A stretch of 58,970 nucleotides of DNA, counting the filler, from Sphacelaria rigidula (taxonomy: Eukaryota), in assembly GCA_964200075.2 (NCBI GenBank). It is 10 parts of 10 records of this genome, joined end to end, with 100 filler letters (N's around TTAATTAATTAA, not from the genome) between each part and the next. Parts side by side here need not be neighbours in the genome. Positions count along the whole stretch, not along the records: positions 35,444 to 41,250 come from CAXNAA020024314.1; positions 41,351 to 47,157 come from CAXNAA020024315.1; positions 47,258 to 53,064 come from CAXNAA020024316.1; 7 more parts are not named here. One strand, written 5' to 3'. The notes beneath the pieces are model-generated. The model had not been told where the DNA came from, made no database searches, and saw only the letters and a list, made by a program, of their open reading frames with translations. Below are positions 37,063-50,233 of this stretch, piece by piece. Position 1 is the first letter of the stretch. Every line of letters starts with the position of its first letter. Both the position numbers and the translations under genes were made by a program.

Positions 37063-37686
37063 AGTGACGTTTACTGGCAGAGCGCAGCGGCCGAGAGTTT
37101 TCAAGGCATCCTATTGAGCCGGATCACCTGCCGCACGTGCGGCCGGCACTCGGAGCAACCGGACCGGTTCTACGACCTCTCTGTCCCTGTCCTGGGCACC
37201 TCGCCGTCTGCTTCTTCCAAATACGCGGAAGCCGGCGCCGCCGCTGCTGCTGGCGCAGGAAGAGCAGACTCGTACCACAGTTACGGCAAACCGAGCCGAG
37301 ACACGAGCATCTATAGTATGTCTCCCGTCGTCACGGAACAACCAGGTCCTTCGTTTCTTGTGGCAACATCAGACGGCCACAATGACCATTACCACCACTC
37401 CCATCCAGATCTAGGCCGCCCCGGTGGCGTGCTAGAGTCTCGTTCGGAGTCTCGCCGCTCGTCAGCCCGCGGAGGCTGCGGGTCGTCGATAGCGGAAACC
37501 AACGACTGGAGCTGGCGGAAGCGGAGCGGGGGGTGGTGTCTGGCCGCGCATGATCGGGACGGTGCGGCAGAGGAGGGAGGCGAGGGCGCAGGGGCGAACC
37601 GGTACGGGGAAAGAGACCGGCGCACGGGGGTCGGGTGGATGTCTTCGTTTGGCGTGTGGCTTGGCATTAGAAGCGTCGCCGTTGAG
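37063..37686 (+). CDS. Ubiquitin-specific protease (C19/UCH family) exon
   Basis: FQGILLSRITCRTCGRHSEQPDRFYDLSVPV is the USP zinc-ribbon CxxC/F.DLS.P motif. CAG acceptor, GAG|GTGAGG donor, 624 nt. Confidence 0.88.
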
Positions 37687-37928
37687 GTGAGGAGGTTTGG
37701 GTAAAGTTGCTATGCGTGTTTTTGTGTTTTCACCCTGCGTCGTTACAGGCGGCGACTTCGGAGAAACGCTTCGAATAAGGGTGGGTTGTTGGGCTCGATT
37801 TTCGTTTAGCACCCAGATGCACATGGGATGGGCCGAAGAGTCCGATGAAGACGGCGACTTGTGTATATGTCGCGGCTGGCAGCAATGCAGGATCAAGACC
37901 AAAATGGATGGCGGTAGCGTGGTGGCAG

Positions 37929-40410
37929 GGCGTACTCATTTGTTGCTTGCCTTAGTCGTGTGACCATTGACCACGCATCCCTTTCGAGACAGAGTACCGT
38001 TCCAACTCCTAATAGAGACACCTTCAACATTCCGGCGCTCATTACGTTTCTTCCATACATTACACGATAATCTCATACATATATTATCCCCGTCCTGTTT
38101 CGCCGTCTGTGGCCACCATCTATCTCCTAGTATAGCCATCGCTTTCTTCCTACTGTCTAATTCATCAAACGCGTTCATGTCATCCTCGTTCACGTCCCGC
38201 ATTTCCCCCTCTAGCACGTCCCATTCCTCCTTGTATAGTTCACATTCTGCCACTAAATGACTTCTGCCCTCTATTACTTTGCCACAGGGGCACTTCTGTG
38301 CATCTACTTCCTCCTCCTTTCGACGACTGGTATATCTCTTTCTTTTTCTGGCAGGTCCAGGTCCCACACCCGAAATCGCAGTGTCAAAATTTCCACAACG
38401 TCCATTGGGCCATGCAGATATGTTTTCATCCCTATGCCCTCTCTTAACCACCTGTATATCTCCAGGTATTCTTCCTCGTCCACTTTGCGTCTGGGCGCTC
38501 CTTTTCCCCTTATTTCTATCATGCCTATTACTTTTACCTTGTACCCCGCGCCGTCACCCATGGACAGTATTTCCTCTTGGTTTCCGCCTATCTCCTTCCA
38601 CACTTTCTTGAGTTCTCTATCCCACCTTATTCCAGTCCGCCGTTTCGTAATTTTCTTCCATGCAGCCTTATCAACTATAGCTGTTCATCTCTTTCTCTGC
38701 ATGTTTTGTACGCTATATTTTCATCGCAATTCTTTCATGCCTCTGTTAGTAATAAGTGAGTGCATTCCCAACTCTGCTCTCAATGCTGTATTACTCGTCG
38801 TTTTCAAGCATCCAAGTATCTTCTTAGCTGCTGCTTTCCGTACTATTTCTAACTGCCCCACCAGCTTCACGTTCCCCTCCCATACTTCTCCTGTATATTC
38901 CAGCTTTGGTACGATCACGTTCATCAGGATACATCCCTTGACCCTAGTGTCTAGGTGCGGGTCTCTGAGGATCACGTCCATTCTGCCTATCTGTGCCTTA
39001 TCCTTTTCTATTACTTTATTCATGTGTGCACCCCAAGAACAGTTACTTGAGATCTCTACGAGTACGCCAAGGTATGCATATTGGTCTACGATCGTCAACT
39101 CCTCTTCTCCCCACTTCCAATTGAACTCTACCAGCTTTTATCTTTGTTACAGACGTGTACCGCGCATTTGTTGACGTTCGCTGTCATTCTCCATTTCCTC
39201 ATATATACTATTCTAGCGCCTTGTCTATCTGTGTCTGTAATCCTTCTGCTGTTCCTGAGATCCCCACAACACCATTCGCGAACATCAATCCTGATATCGT
39301 ATGTTTCCCCACCTTGACTCCTTGCTTTGCTGCTTCTATTGCTAATATTAGCTCATTGATGAATACCTTGAATAGAGCGGGTAATAACGTACTTCCTTGT
39401 ACAACTCCTTGTAAAATATCAAAATATTTTGATACCGGGGGAGAGATGGGTTGATCGCTTGAGACCACGGACTCAGCTCGAGGAATGAGAGATGTTCAAA
39501 GTGCGAATAAAAAAGAACTTCCCCGTCTAGAATCATAGCACTCTTGACACACCACTCATCTCCTTTACCATTCTACACATCTTTCCTCTGATCCCAGTTT
39601 CCCATAACGTTTTCCACAACCTATTTCCCCATACTGTATAATAAGCCTTTTGCGCGTCCAGAAAGAAACGGTACGTTGTCAGCCCGGTGTCTTTCCTACC
39701 CTGAATAATCTTACCTAGTGTGTACACATGGTCTACGCAACCACGGTTTCGTCTAGAACCTGCATACACCTCGCTGATTTTCTTCTTTCCCCAGCATCCT
39801 TCCTACTCTGTGATTCAGAATCTTACGGAATGTTTTCCCTACAGTGCTCAGTAGCGTTTCCCCTCTATAGTTTCCTGGGTCAGCCTTGTCTCCTTTCTTG
39901 AAAAGGTTGATGACTACTCCTTCTCTCCAACTCTTGGGTGTGTACTCGTTTTCCCAGATCCAGCATAACCATCACGGTAATAATTCCCTCTCCGCCGTAC
40001 CCTGGAAATTCATTCAGTATTCCGTCTTCCTCTGCTGCTTTTCTGTTCTTGAGTTTAGCTACGCACTCCTTTACTCCATCTTTGATAAATTCTCTCTGCA
40101 ATTCTTTGGAGCCTCCACCCTCCCGTTTCGACGTCTCTACATTTGCCTCTGCCCATGTGATGTGTTTTTTTCGAATTCGGTGTCGAACTTTGTGCTAGTT
40201 TTTGGTGTTCCTAGTTTACGGTAGTGCTCGACTAGCACTTATCTTCTCCCCTCCGAACTACTGACCATTTTACCGTTCTGTGCCCGGAGTGTGGCTATCC
40301 CGTTGCCCATCTTTCCTGCCTGGTTTTCAACTACCCCTTCTATCCCTACCCACAATTATTTAGTCACTACATCTCCCCATGCTCCCTTCTTTTCCTGCTG
40401 CACCATCTTC
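37929..40410 (-). mobile_element. 5'-truncated LINE (RT plus C-terminal zinc finger), decayed, antisense downstream of the USP exon
   Basis: PGNYRG..LLSTVGK, RNRGCVDHVYTL, FLDAQKAY, GVVQGSTLLPALF, LMFANG (degenerate FADD), YAYLGV and CPCGKVIEGRSHLVAEC. Confidence 0.95.
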
Positions 40411-41350
40411 TGGTAGCGGGGGGAGGGGGGCTAGTTATTGTGCGTTGCTTCTAAGCTTCAGTAATGGCTAGAGATTATACGTATCAACAGTGGACTTGAG
40501 TGCGGAAATCATACTGTGACATCAGCGTTCTCCCCCACAAAACAGTGATTTAGGGATCCTGGTCGCTTCCGCTGATCTGCACTGCCCTTAAAATGTTGTA
40601 ATGGGGAGGAAGAAGTGTCTCCGGGGCAAACAGGATGAGACCGGTGGCCGAAGGGGTCACAGGTACGTTTCCTGCCACCGTGTAGCCAACCTGGAGTGCG
40701 CCGCGCGCTATGATCGCAATTTTTATCGTTTCACACTGTCCTGGGACACCAAATACGGCATGGTGGTGGTTTGGTCCAAAAATCATTATAGCCGGATTCT
40801 CGCCCGATTGCGCTCAAAATTGGTGGGCGTGTTGCTAGTACCACGGCGAGAACAGTCCCATTAATAGGTGTGTTAGCTTTCAAGTCGTCGCCGTTGGACA
40901 ATAACGGCCAGAGCACGTATTGGGGAAAAAATATACAGTAATGGAGTCCCCCCCCCCCCGCCCTCCCCACCTCCTTAGGAATCTAACATATCTTGGATTC
41001 GGGAGTTCAATGCCCGTTGGAATCTGCATATCCTGGATTCTATTTCGCTTGAGGTTTCGAGGTAGGAAATGAGCACATCGATTGTTCGAAAAGAGTGGCC
41101 GGTGGTATTTCTCAATTTCATCTTTTCGATTCTGTAATAGAGGATGAAGCGCATCCTCATCGGAAATTCCCTTAACCCTGTGGGAACTAGACCCCCAGGG
41201 AGTGCTGATTTTTGTTTTGGTGAATCGGCATCATTTTCAGTCATTTATAANNNNNNNNNNNNNNNNNNNNNNNNNNNNNNNNNNNNNNNNNNNNTTAATT
41301 AATTAANNNNNNNNNNNNNNNNNNNNNNNNNNNNNNNNNNNNNNNNNNNN

Positions 41351-41425
41351 CATTTCGATTTACGTGAAGATTTCGCCTCCCAAAACATGCACTTTTGGGG
41401 GGGGGGGGCTATCGTAGAAAGTGTC
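41351..41425. mobile_element. End of a GACACTTTCTACGATAGCC-family MITE
   Basis: Reverse complement matches ~48628-48708. Confidence 0.8.
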
Positions 41426-41999
41426 ACCCCAACATTTCGGTGATCGAAATCCAAATCTACATGGGTTGTAGCAGTTGTCAAGAGCTATCAGTAGGTGTAG
41501 GAATAGAATCATATTTCGAAGATTCGGTGTGGATACGAAGATTTTAATCCTCCGGATTTCTCATCCCCGATAAAAGATCCGTCCCCAATTTGTAAGATCC
41601 CGTGTTTATTGTAAGACAAAGATACACGGTCATGTCTAGGAATGGTACAAAGAACCGTAACATAAGGCAACATCTTGTTACAAGGAAGTCCACCCAACGA
41701 AATTGCAATCGAGATGGCGCCACAGGTGGTAGGGGTGTTCCCGGTGGTACTGTAGCGAATAAGAACGACCAGAATAGCGGTACGGAAAACGTCGTAGGCA
41801 AGAGGTACGACGACGTGAGACACACGTGTCATCGCTCCTTAGAGCCAGGACATCGATGGTTCGAGTGGACCGCACACATCATCTCAGCCCCGAAGAAATC
41901 ACAGGGTGGCTCTCGTGATATCATAGCGTGTTTGTCGGCTGGTATGCAACAAAGTGAGAAAGATACGGTGGGAGACCGTGATAGCAGCAAGGATTATAC

Positions 42000-44900
42000 T
42001 AAAAGATGAATAGCCGAAGATTCAGTGCAACCCAACCATCCTGTTCCCCCTGGTGTTCCCGGTGATAGCCCCCCGTAGTGCTGATTCATGCGAGACTGCC
42101 GTAGGCATCAACGCTTACCACTGCGTGCAGGGACATGTCAATGGATTGGTGTTGAGAGATACTGCAAAATCGCTAGGTATAGAGTTACCGGGTACCGGAA
42201 GACGATCGCAAACTGTACAAAATGTCGTGGTTCACATAAGCTAGAAAGTGGTTGTCTTGATCCTAGTGGTCCCAGGATAATATCTTCATTGCCATAAAAG
42301 AGATATGTCGGGATAGTGAAAGACGATTTTACCCGGTACGCATGAGTATACTTTCTCGAGCGTAAGTGCGGTACCACTGATGTCTTCAGCAAGGTTTTGG
42401 CTGATGTACGTGCGGATGGTGTACCTTTGGAAGTAATAATAGTTAGGTCTGACGACGGAGGAGGGTCTGTTGGTGGTGATTTCGAAGACGTGTGTAGGCA
42501 CTACTGTGCTAGGCAGGAATTCACCAGAGCGAAGTGTCCAGAACTGAACGGCGTTGCCGAGAGAGCTCGAGGTATCATTCAAAACGCCGAACGTGCCGCT
42601 CGGGTCCAAGCCTCCATCCTCCTTTCACATGACGAGCTGCCACCATCGGAGACCTTCTGGGCTGAGGCAATATACTGGGCGTGTGACGCCCTGAATCACA
42701 CCGCGACGACGTCCAATCCAGGTAGTAAGTCGCCGTACCAGATGTGGGCACTGTACGGCAGCACCTGCATCACCACATCCGTTTTTTCGTCTGGGCTACT
42801 GCTGCTGCAATCGACCGTCAAAGTCGTTCTCCTAGTAGTACGAGAGTGGCTCTCTACCTCGGGCCCGGCATCGACCACCCCCGCGGTTCATAACCGATGC
42901 TGATGCGGGTGAATAACGTAGTGGAGACAAGGGATATCACCTGGGAGGCACCGCCGGTCATGGTGGTGCCGAAGGTACAACTGCAACAGCCAACTTCGCC
43001 GAAGCTGACAGGGACGTTGGAGCTGGGAGGGACGTCACTGCCGGGAGGAACCTCGGAGCTGGGGGAGACTCCAGGGCCGCGAGGGCTAGATGATTTGGGT
43101 GCTGCTGCACCGATTCCATTACCGCAACTGGGGGAGAGGAATTCTCCACCAGCGTTATATGACTTCTCCGGCGAGGAGTACACACCATGGTGGTGAAGGT
43201 GAGCGGGGTTTGCTTGGCGATGAAAATCAGCCGGCCCCTGACAGCCCAACTGCTTCTTTTTAGGTGTTCATTTGTCACAGGCGAGTAGTGAGACGTCTGC
43301 CGATCTTTCAGTCGAGGGGAGCGATTTGTCTTCATCGGAACAAAGTATCCCACTTGCAACGGCAGCGCCGATTACGGCCACATACTTGAGTCATATCTGG
43401 TTGGATCTGGAAATGGCGAGGAGCTTGGGTGAATCAGGGCGCAGACGCGAGTGCTCAATCGAGAAGCATCTGAGCTCGTGACTATGTTAGGGCCCGATTA
43501 AGCGGAGAAAATGATTCATGGCCTACTATCGATACAAGAAGTTACCAGTAAGCCGGGCGAGCTTCCTAAATGTCTCGTCAGGTAAGCGAGGCCGGAGCCG
43601 TTGGCCTACTCTGCGGCGTGTTCATAACAATACTCCGGCGTGTGGATGAAGGCGATGAAGATAGAGCCCGATGGGGGTTATGCCTTACAGAACGTTGGTG
43701 GAGGTGAATGGCATTCTAGAGGAGTGCAACCTCTTGGAGGTGGGCGTATAAGTGAAAGGGCGATGCACATCGTATGGTTGACCGGGCGGAAGCTCTTCTG
43801 ATTGCTATGGGGTACAGTCAGGTAGAGAGAGTAGACTAGTTTGAGCAATTTGCCCCGACGGCATCTGCTACTTTGAACAGGTTAGTGGCGGCTACGGCAT
43901 GTAAGCTAGGCTGGCATTTGAGGCACTTAGATGTAGACCAGGCTTCAATTCTGTCAAATTTGGACAACGATATCTACTCGAGTCTTCCCCGGTTGTGGAT
44001 CAATATCCGGTAAGGTAGTGCCTATTGACAAGTCGTTGTACGGATTCAAGCAGAGTGGTCGTACGTGGTATCAACTATTGTCGTCAAACCTGAAGTGTGG
44101 TTTCGAGTAAATTTGGTAGATCCCTGTGTGTTTCGACTGAAGATTGCTGAAGACGTTGTGGCGATGATGGCCTTTCATGTGGACGACATCATGATAGCAG
44201 CTACTGGAGAGATGACTAAAGCGATGATCATATACTCAATCAGAAATGTCCCACTAAACATCTCGGGGAGGAAGAGTTGGTATACGGGGAGTGAGTACAA
44301 ACGGGAGCGGGACAGAGGTACTTTTCGAAATGTCCCGAACCCAGTTCATTGCAGGTGTGCTGTTAATAAATCGTTTAGACGTCTCTGAGACTAGCCCCAT
44401 TCGCGCGACCTCTTCCTTAGACCTCTTGAGGAAACCGTGGTGGATGTGCCTTTCCGTGAGATCGTGGGAAGCCTGATGTGAGTAGCGAAACGAGGCCCGA
44501 TATCGCGAATGCGATTTGGTCAACCGCTCGCTTTTCTCATGAACCAAAGCCGATTCATTGCAAGGCGGCACAGAACATCGGACATAGGGTTATTTTGCAA
44601 GAAGAATAACGACTTGGGATGTATTCAGTTGGAGTTTGTTTTGGATACGTACGTTGATGCAGACTATGCCCAAAAGCAGGAGGATCGAAGTTCCATTTCT
44701 GGTGTACAGTACCTATTTGTTTCGGAGGTATGCTGTTAATAATTAATAGTGCTTTGGTTCTCTAGGACGAAGAAGTGCGGCACCCTATCTACCACAGAGG
44801 TAGTATGTAGGATTGGCAGATAGTGTCAAGGACGCCCTTTATGTGAGGGAGATCCTGGAACTTGAAGCTTCTGATGCCCAGTCTGGGGTGGAAAAGAATT

Positions 44901-45540
44901 GGCGCCTTTTAGGACAACCAGTGGGCGATAGACTTAGCTGAGAACCCCTTGAGCTCGTGCAACGGCGAGTGCATCGATGCACCCTGCCACCTTCTCAGGG
45001 AGCTGACTGCTAGTAGCGTCATCTCTGTGATTTATCTTCAATAAAAGAATCAGCATGTGGACGTTCTGACGAAATCCATTAGTGGAGAGAATACCGGAAG
45101 GCACCGTGATTTTCTCGTAGGCAGGAGATAGATTTGACCGTTTGTATTTTTTGTAGTGGTGGACCATATTTTTCGACATAAGCTATGATGGTAGGGATTT
45201 CGATTGAATGTGGTTTATTCGATAACAATAAGGCCATGCTTAGAATTGATGATCAATAGAGCTAGGGAGAGTGTTCGGCATACTTGATCTACGAACAAAA
45301 TCCAGCAGCATGAGCGAGGAACTTGCGGGGTACTCGAGTTCTCTAGGGATTTTACTGAGAAGGCCCTCTGTGGTTAAGCGAAAATCAATTGTCCTGATTT
45401 TGTATGTATTAGGGGCGGTAAGCATATCTTTTGCGGATATTTCGCTGACAACAAATTTTAGATCGTAGGCAGTCGAGACAGGGTAGTGCGCGACACCCCA
45501 CTCTCTCACTCGTTCCCCTCACCTCTCTTGACCCAACTTC
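42000..45540 (+). mobile_element. Ty1/Copia LTR retrotransposon, decayed (integrase-RT-RNase H, probable 3' LTR)
   Basis: Pre-integrase YHCVQGHV. Integrase KDDFTRY, IVRSDDGG, PELNGVAER. RT HLDVDQA, KSLYGFKQSGR, DPCVF, HVDD. RNase H YVDADYA..DRSSISG, ENPLS, ending at ~45132. Purine tract AGGGAGAG then TG at 45272. Right boundary is approximate. Confidence 0.93.
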
Positions 45541-45661
45541 CCACGTGTGGATAGTAATAGTAAATACTAGAGACACATCTCCATCTCCTTCTCACTTTCC
45601 GCAAGAGGGCAGTAATCTGTTTGAGCACATAGCAAGGGGCTGTTGCTTCTACACGGCCATA

Positions 45662-46249
45662 TCAAAACGACCATTCAAACACGGGATAGTGGCATGAGAC
45701 TCGAAGGCAATTTACTATCATGCCATCACAGACCCGTATATCTGGCATTTGTTTTGGGAAACAGTACTTTGTGGGACTACAAGTCTGATCAGGCTTGATC
45801 AGCCCCGACATGAGTTTGATGAATAAAGCGCAGTCAACGGCGCCTTGCCGCCGCACCGCCACTTACCTTCTTGCAAGCGATTGCTGGAAGCCTCGGGACA
45901 TGGAGAGACGAGTGAGGTGCATTGAATGAGCGATCAGGAATACGAGTGAACAAGAGTCCTGTAAATCAAAATCTATCAAACTACCTACTACGCGGATCAC
46001 GATGAAGGGCTTGGGGTGCTGATTCGTCGTTGTACACAAACGTTCTGGGCAGGTTACCGCGGACAGCTGCTCCCATCTACCTTGCCAAGCGTGTTTGCAT
46101 ACACACCAGCTTACCCCACTACACGTTTGTGTTTGACGATACATATCGATCGGTTTCCCGCCGCGTACATTGCTAAAGCAACGGGCCACCGTTGTGATTA
46201 TTGCCCATAGTTTTATATCATAGTTATCACCGGAACTGCTGGCCATCAC
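45662..46249 (-). pseudogene. Ulp1/C48 SUMO-protease-like remnant
   Basis: One frame with a single stop: (P for H)FIVIRVVGSLIDFDLQDS ... RQGAVDCALFI ... FPKQMPDIR. The spacing resembles the C48 H-D-Q-C catalytic core. Confidence 0.5.
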
Positions 46250-47277
46250 ATCTGCCCTAAGGTTATATTTCGAGGTTTAAAGCAGCACTACTGTACCCTT
46301 TCTCATGGCAAACAATTTTGGCCGTAGGCGTGGAGGAGAGGACACCTCCTCACCCATCGGTTGCAGCATGTGTATTCGAACTTCAGCAAACTTCTCCCCC
46401 TGAATATTAATGTCCTCGATTGACACACAAGAGGCCACACAGACCGCCATCCTCCTCTCCCCACAAGCGAAATGTACTAAACCGACCGTGAACTGAGTCC
46501 GAATACCGTCACCCTTTTTGGGCCACTATTATAGAACACTGCAAGACGTCTTCCTTCTGTAGACTCACCAAGCCACGGCGTTCGAAGACAGGTTCCTACT
46601 AGCTCGAGGCGCTCCTTCTTGGTCCCCAAAGGGATGAAGAACGGCCAGTGGATGATCTTATCGAGGTACTCAGCGCCGGACACCTGGAAACGACGCCAAC
46701 AACAATATGTGCGATAAGTACATTCATCGTCATTGGTAGGTTACCGTACACGGAGGTAACAAGATGGAAGGAACACTTGAGCATAAAACGGCGTTCCAAA
46801 AGTCATCCAGACACTGTTGCCCATTTATGATGAACATAGGTGTTTCGGGTTTTGCTCCCCAGAAGCCGTTTTGCAGATTTGAAAGTGCCATCCGCCTGCG
46901 TAAATATGCCGACCACGGCCCCCCGCGAGTGATGGGAGAGTTAAACGAGTGATCAGACCGTTGCCGAGAATCGTAACACGGGTGGTGCATGTTGCAAACT
47001 TAGACAGGGCAGTCTAAGTTCGTTGTGTGTTATTGAAATCGCCGCTGCAAGATTCTGTACTGCATAAGCGGCACGATTTGAATACTATTTGGTACGGTTC
47101 AGGTGAAACTGTAAACCACGGATGTGTCGTTTCACTGTACCTTTTTCATGGTAATATNNNNNNNNNNNNNNNNNNNNNNNNNNNNNNNNNNNNNNNNNNN
47201 NTTAATTAATTAANNNNNNNNNNNNNNNNNNNNNNNNNNNNNNNNNNNNNNNNNNNNCAAATATTGGCCGGCGCATC

Positions 47278-47319
47278 CGCCTGCAAACTTCCATGCAGCC
47301 TCTAGGCTGACCCAGCTCG
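47278..47319. mobile_element. CGAGCTG-family terminus
   Basis: GCCTGCAAACTTC....GCCTCTAGGCTGACCCAGCTCG|TA matches ~18564-18606. Confidence 0.8.
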
Positions 47320-47823
47320 TAGTCCGGCCGAAAGTGAAACTGACCTCGCGAAAAATCGGGAACTCGCGCTAGAATCCTCTTGGGCAATCATAGCATATCT
47401 CTCCGAGGCCGTACAATTTGCCAGGGCCCCGTATTCCGGCAAAAAATTACGCTGAATATCTCAAAAGGACTACTTTTGAAGAGATTTTTTTATCATGTCA
47501 AAAAGCGGCCTTGTTTATTAGAGCATCGCGAGATCTGAGGTTTTCGGATCAGAGACAACCCGCCTTCACGTGTAGCGGTCAAGTGTGGAATTGCATCAAT
47601 TGAAATCGGAACATCTGCGTAAAAGCCGAATTATGACGGTTGGCGGGGATGAGGAAGCTGTTGTTGTAGTCTATTAATAGGAGGAATTCACAGTGCAACA
47701 GTATAGGACAGTTCAGTGCTTCCGATCGGGTAGCGCAGTCGTCCCCGCATTAATCAACCCTCCCGATGAACTCTCAGGGCTGAGTAAATACCAAACTCGA
47801 CCCACCTCTACGCTTTGGCTCCA

Positions 47824-47906
47824 AGCGATGGTTCATTCATGACTCAGCATAATTTTCACTTGAGAAAGGAATGAAAATCATGACGATTCATGAATGAACC
47901 ACCGCT
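47824..47906. repeat. Hairpin (~35-bp imperfect stem, 13-nt loop)
   Basis: AGCGATGGTTCATTCATGACTCAGCATAATTTTCA ... TGAAAATCATGACGATTCATGAATGAACCACCGCT. Confidence 0.88.
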
Positions 47907-47999
47907 AGCACTCGACTGCTTGACCATTTGACAGCGCGTCGCCTCGGAACAGTTTCACAGACAGAAAAGTGGCGATTTTCTCTAGACTTGTTCTTGACC

Positions 48000-49205
48000 G
48001 TTCTTGGATAAAAATTCTTGTTTGTCTAAAATGAAAACTGCGGCCACGAAAAACGGAAAGATGTCCTGGAACCGCCTCAACTCGTACAGCAAGTCATTCC
48101 AAGGTGTCAAACTCCGCCTGGGTCTCTTTTTGGGTGTAAAACGACGTAAAAGCTCCAAAAAAGCATTTTTCCAGATTTTTATTTTTGTCCGTTATCAGGA
48201 GCGGCCTAAGGGCGCTGAAGTGTAACGTGCCCGGTACAACCTCACTTCTATAGTCGGTTTTACTCTATGAACGCCTTTTTCGACGTGAAAACGATTGGTT
48301 GTATAACGTTATTGATTTTCGCGACGAAACCTTTGAACAAGGGTTCCTAGGACTACCCCAGGACGTGTACATCCGCTATGTTTGCCTTGAGGTGTTCTGT
48401 ACCGTCTTCCGGGGGTCCCCAAACATTTTTTTTTTTCCATATAGAGCACCAATACCCACCGAATCGCCGAGTTTGAGGGTGATCTTAGCTTTTTTACGAC
48501 AGATATGGGAGAAACCGTCTAGAGGCTTTCTGGGTCTTTGGTGAACATCATTAGTGGAAATCCGACGCCGCCGAAACCTCACATCACCGAAATACCACGG
48601 TTTCAAGGATAACTCGGTCCTATCGTGGACACTTTCTACGATAGCCTCCCCCCCCCCAAAAAAAGTGCTTTGTTTGTCGAGGCAAAATCCTCACGTAAAT
48701 CGAAATCGAAAAAGCCGAGCTGAACGAGCATCTGGAAAATCCCACGCTTGGGTTTGTCTCGCCAATGTCGCCCATATGAGGCGCTTCATGGAGCCTGAAC
48801 CCAAACATCAGGCACTGTATGACCATTTTTTTCGTGACACTTTCGGGATGGGTTTTTTGGGGGGGCTATCGTAGAAAGTGTCCATGACCGTTTTCAAATA
48901 TGTTTTTTCCCGTGAGATTCTCGAGCTAACGCCGGTTACTACGGTTTGAAGCTTGTGGAGAGAGGATAAAGTTGTGTTGGAAATTCGTATATTTCATTTC
49001 AAAACATTTGAAAGGGCACTGATTGATTGAGGTAACCTGTCGCCCGTAGTACCACCCTCATGGCCTCCAACAGAAGTCTATCCTTATGAACGTCTTGAGT
49101 TGTTCACGGTAGTTAGTATGTTACAATTTGTGCGACTATTGAATAGCCATTATCGAAGGCAGTTGCTTATACGTGAACTTTGGGTGAAAAGTGTAAACCA
49201 GCCTG
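48000..49205. mobile_element. Diverged inverted copy of the 26518-28039 mariner-type element
   Basis: Ends AAACCAGCCTG|TA at 49205. 48980-49205 aligns in reverse to 26518-26750, and 48230-48420 to ~27095-27290. The left end was not located. Confidence 0.75.
48623..48887. mobile_element. ~265-bp MITE nested in the mariner-type element
   Basis: TGGACACTTTCTACGATAGCC..CCCCAAAAAA inverted as TTTTTTGGGGGGGCTATCGTAGAAAGTGTCCA. Confidence 0.85.
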
Positions 49206-50202
49206 TACTGCTCCCCGGAGCATAATCTTCACCATCACCCGCATCAGTAAACAATACCGCTGCCATCCCCCCAATAGTTCCTTTATCTGGGTCGAATGAC
49301 ACCGTAACCGCATGAATTGCTATTACTAATGCCCGCGATATCACCGTTTAGTACTCCAACTTGCCCGTACGTATTTCGTGCGAGCCCCACTGCTAGACGC
49401 AGAGGCAGAACTCGTAGAGTTATTTCTGGCAGAGTGTCAACCCCCGTGGTCTGCCGGCGCCAGAAATAAATGACGTACTCCGGAATCATGAGAGGAACAC
49501 GGCTGACCGCAAGAGCTACAAGAGCTGCACTGCTCCCAAAACGGTGAGGCAGCCCTCGACAAAAGTTACTTACACTTCTCGACCCAAAAGAGCGTCTCCG
49601 GGAAAACAGGAGGAACAGCCGCAAACAGTTACACAAGTAGGAGCGATGCTACGGTAGCCCCCTCGACAAAAGTGGCTGGCTTGAGGAGGCAAAATCTACA
49701 TGCGACTCAAAATGACTGAAGACGAGCACGCCGAGCAGCTGGGAAGTCCCACGTTTGGGATAGTCTTCACCGAAGTCGCCCATAGGGGGCGCTGTATGCC
49801 AATTTTCTTCTGACAGTTTCGGGGCTGGGTTGGATGGGGGGAGGGGGGGTGCAGGGCTATCGCAGCATATCTCGTAGGTTCCCTGCAACCGCATGGCCAA
49901 CCGGGAGTGCCTCGCGCGGCCTGCTGGGTCATCTCGCCACTTTCATCGTTGGACACTATTCTGGGATACCGAGTATGGCCTGGCGGCCGTACGGGTTGGT
50001 GATGATTTGAAGAAATCAAGATACGCAAATTGTTGTCAGATCCCGCTGGGAATTGCCTTTACGTGCGGCTGACACCAAGAGGAGGACAACGGTTGCTGTT
50101 TCCGCCCCTAACTCGTCGCCGTTCAGAAGTTGTGGTAAAAAGCAAAATATTGAGGAAAATAACTGCAAAGACGTACCGAGTTTTCCACGCTCTCGGGAAA
50201 TC

Positions 50203-50233
<31 letters not shown>

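Noticed and set aside
38257..39174. 305-aa plus-strand ORF
   Set aside because: It is an antisense shadow of the LINE RT.
41470..41800. 5' LTR of the Copia element
   Set aside because: There is no visible similarity to the putative 3' LTR starting at 45272, and no clear PBS.
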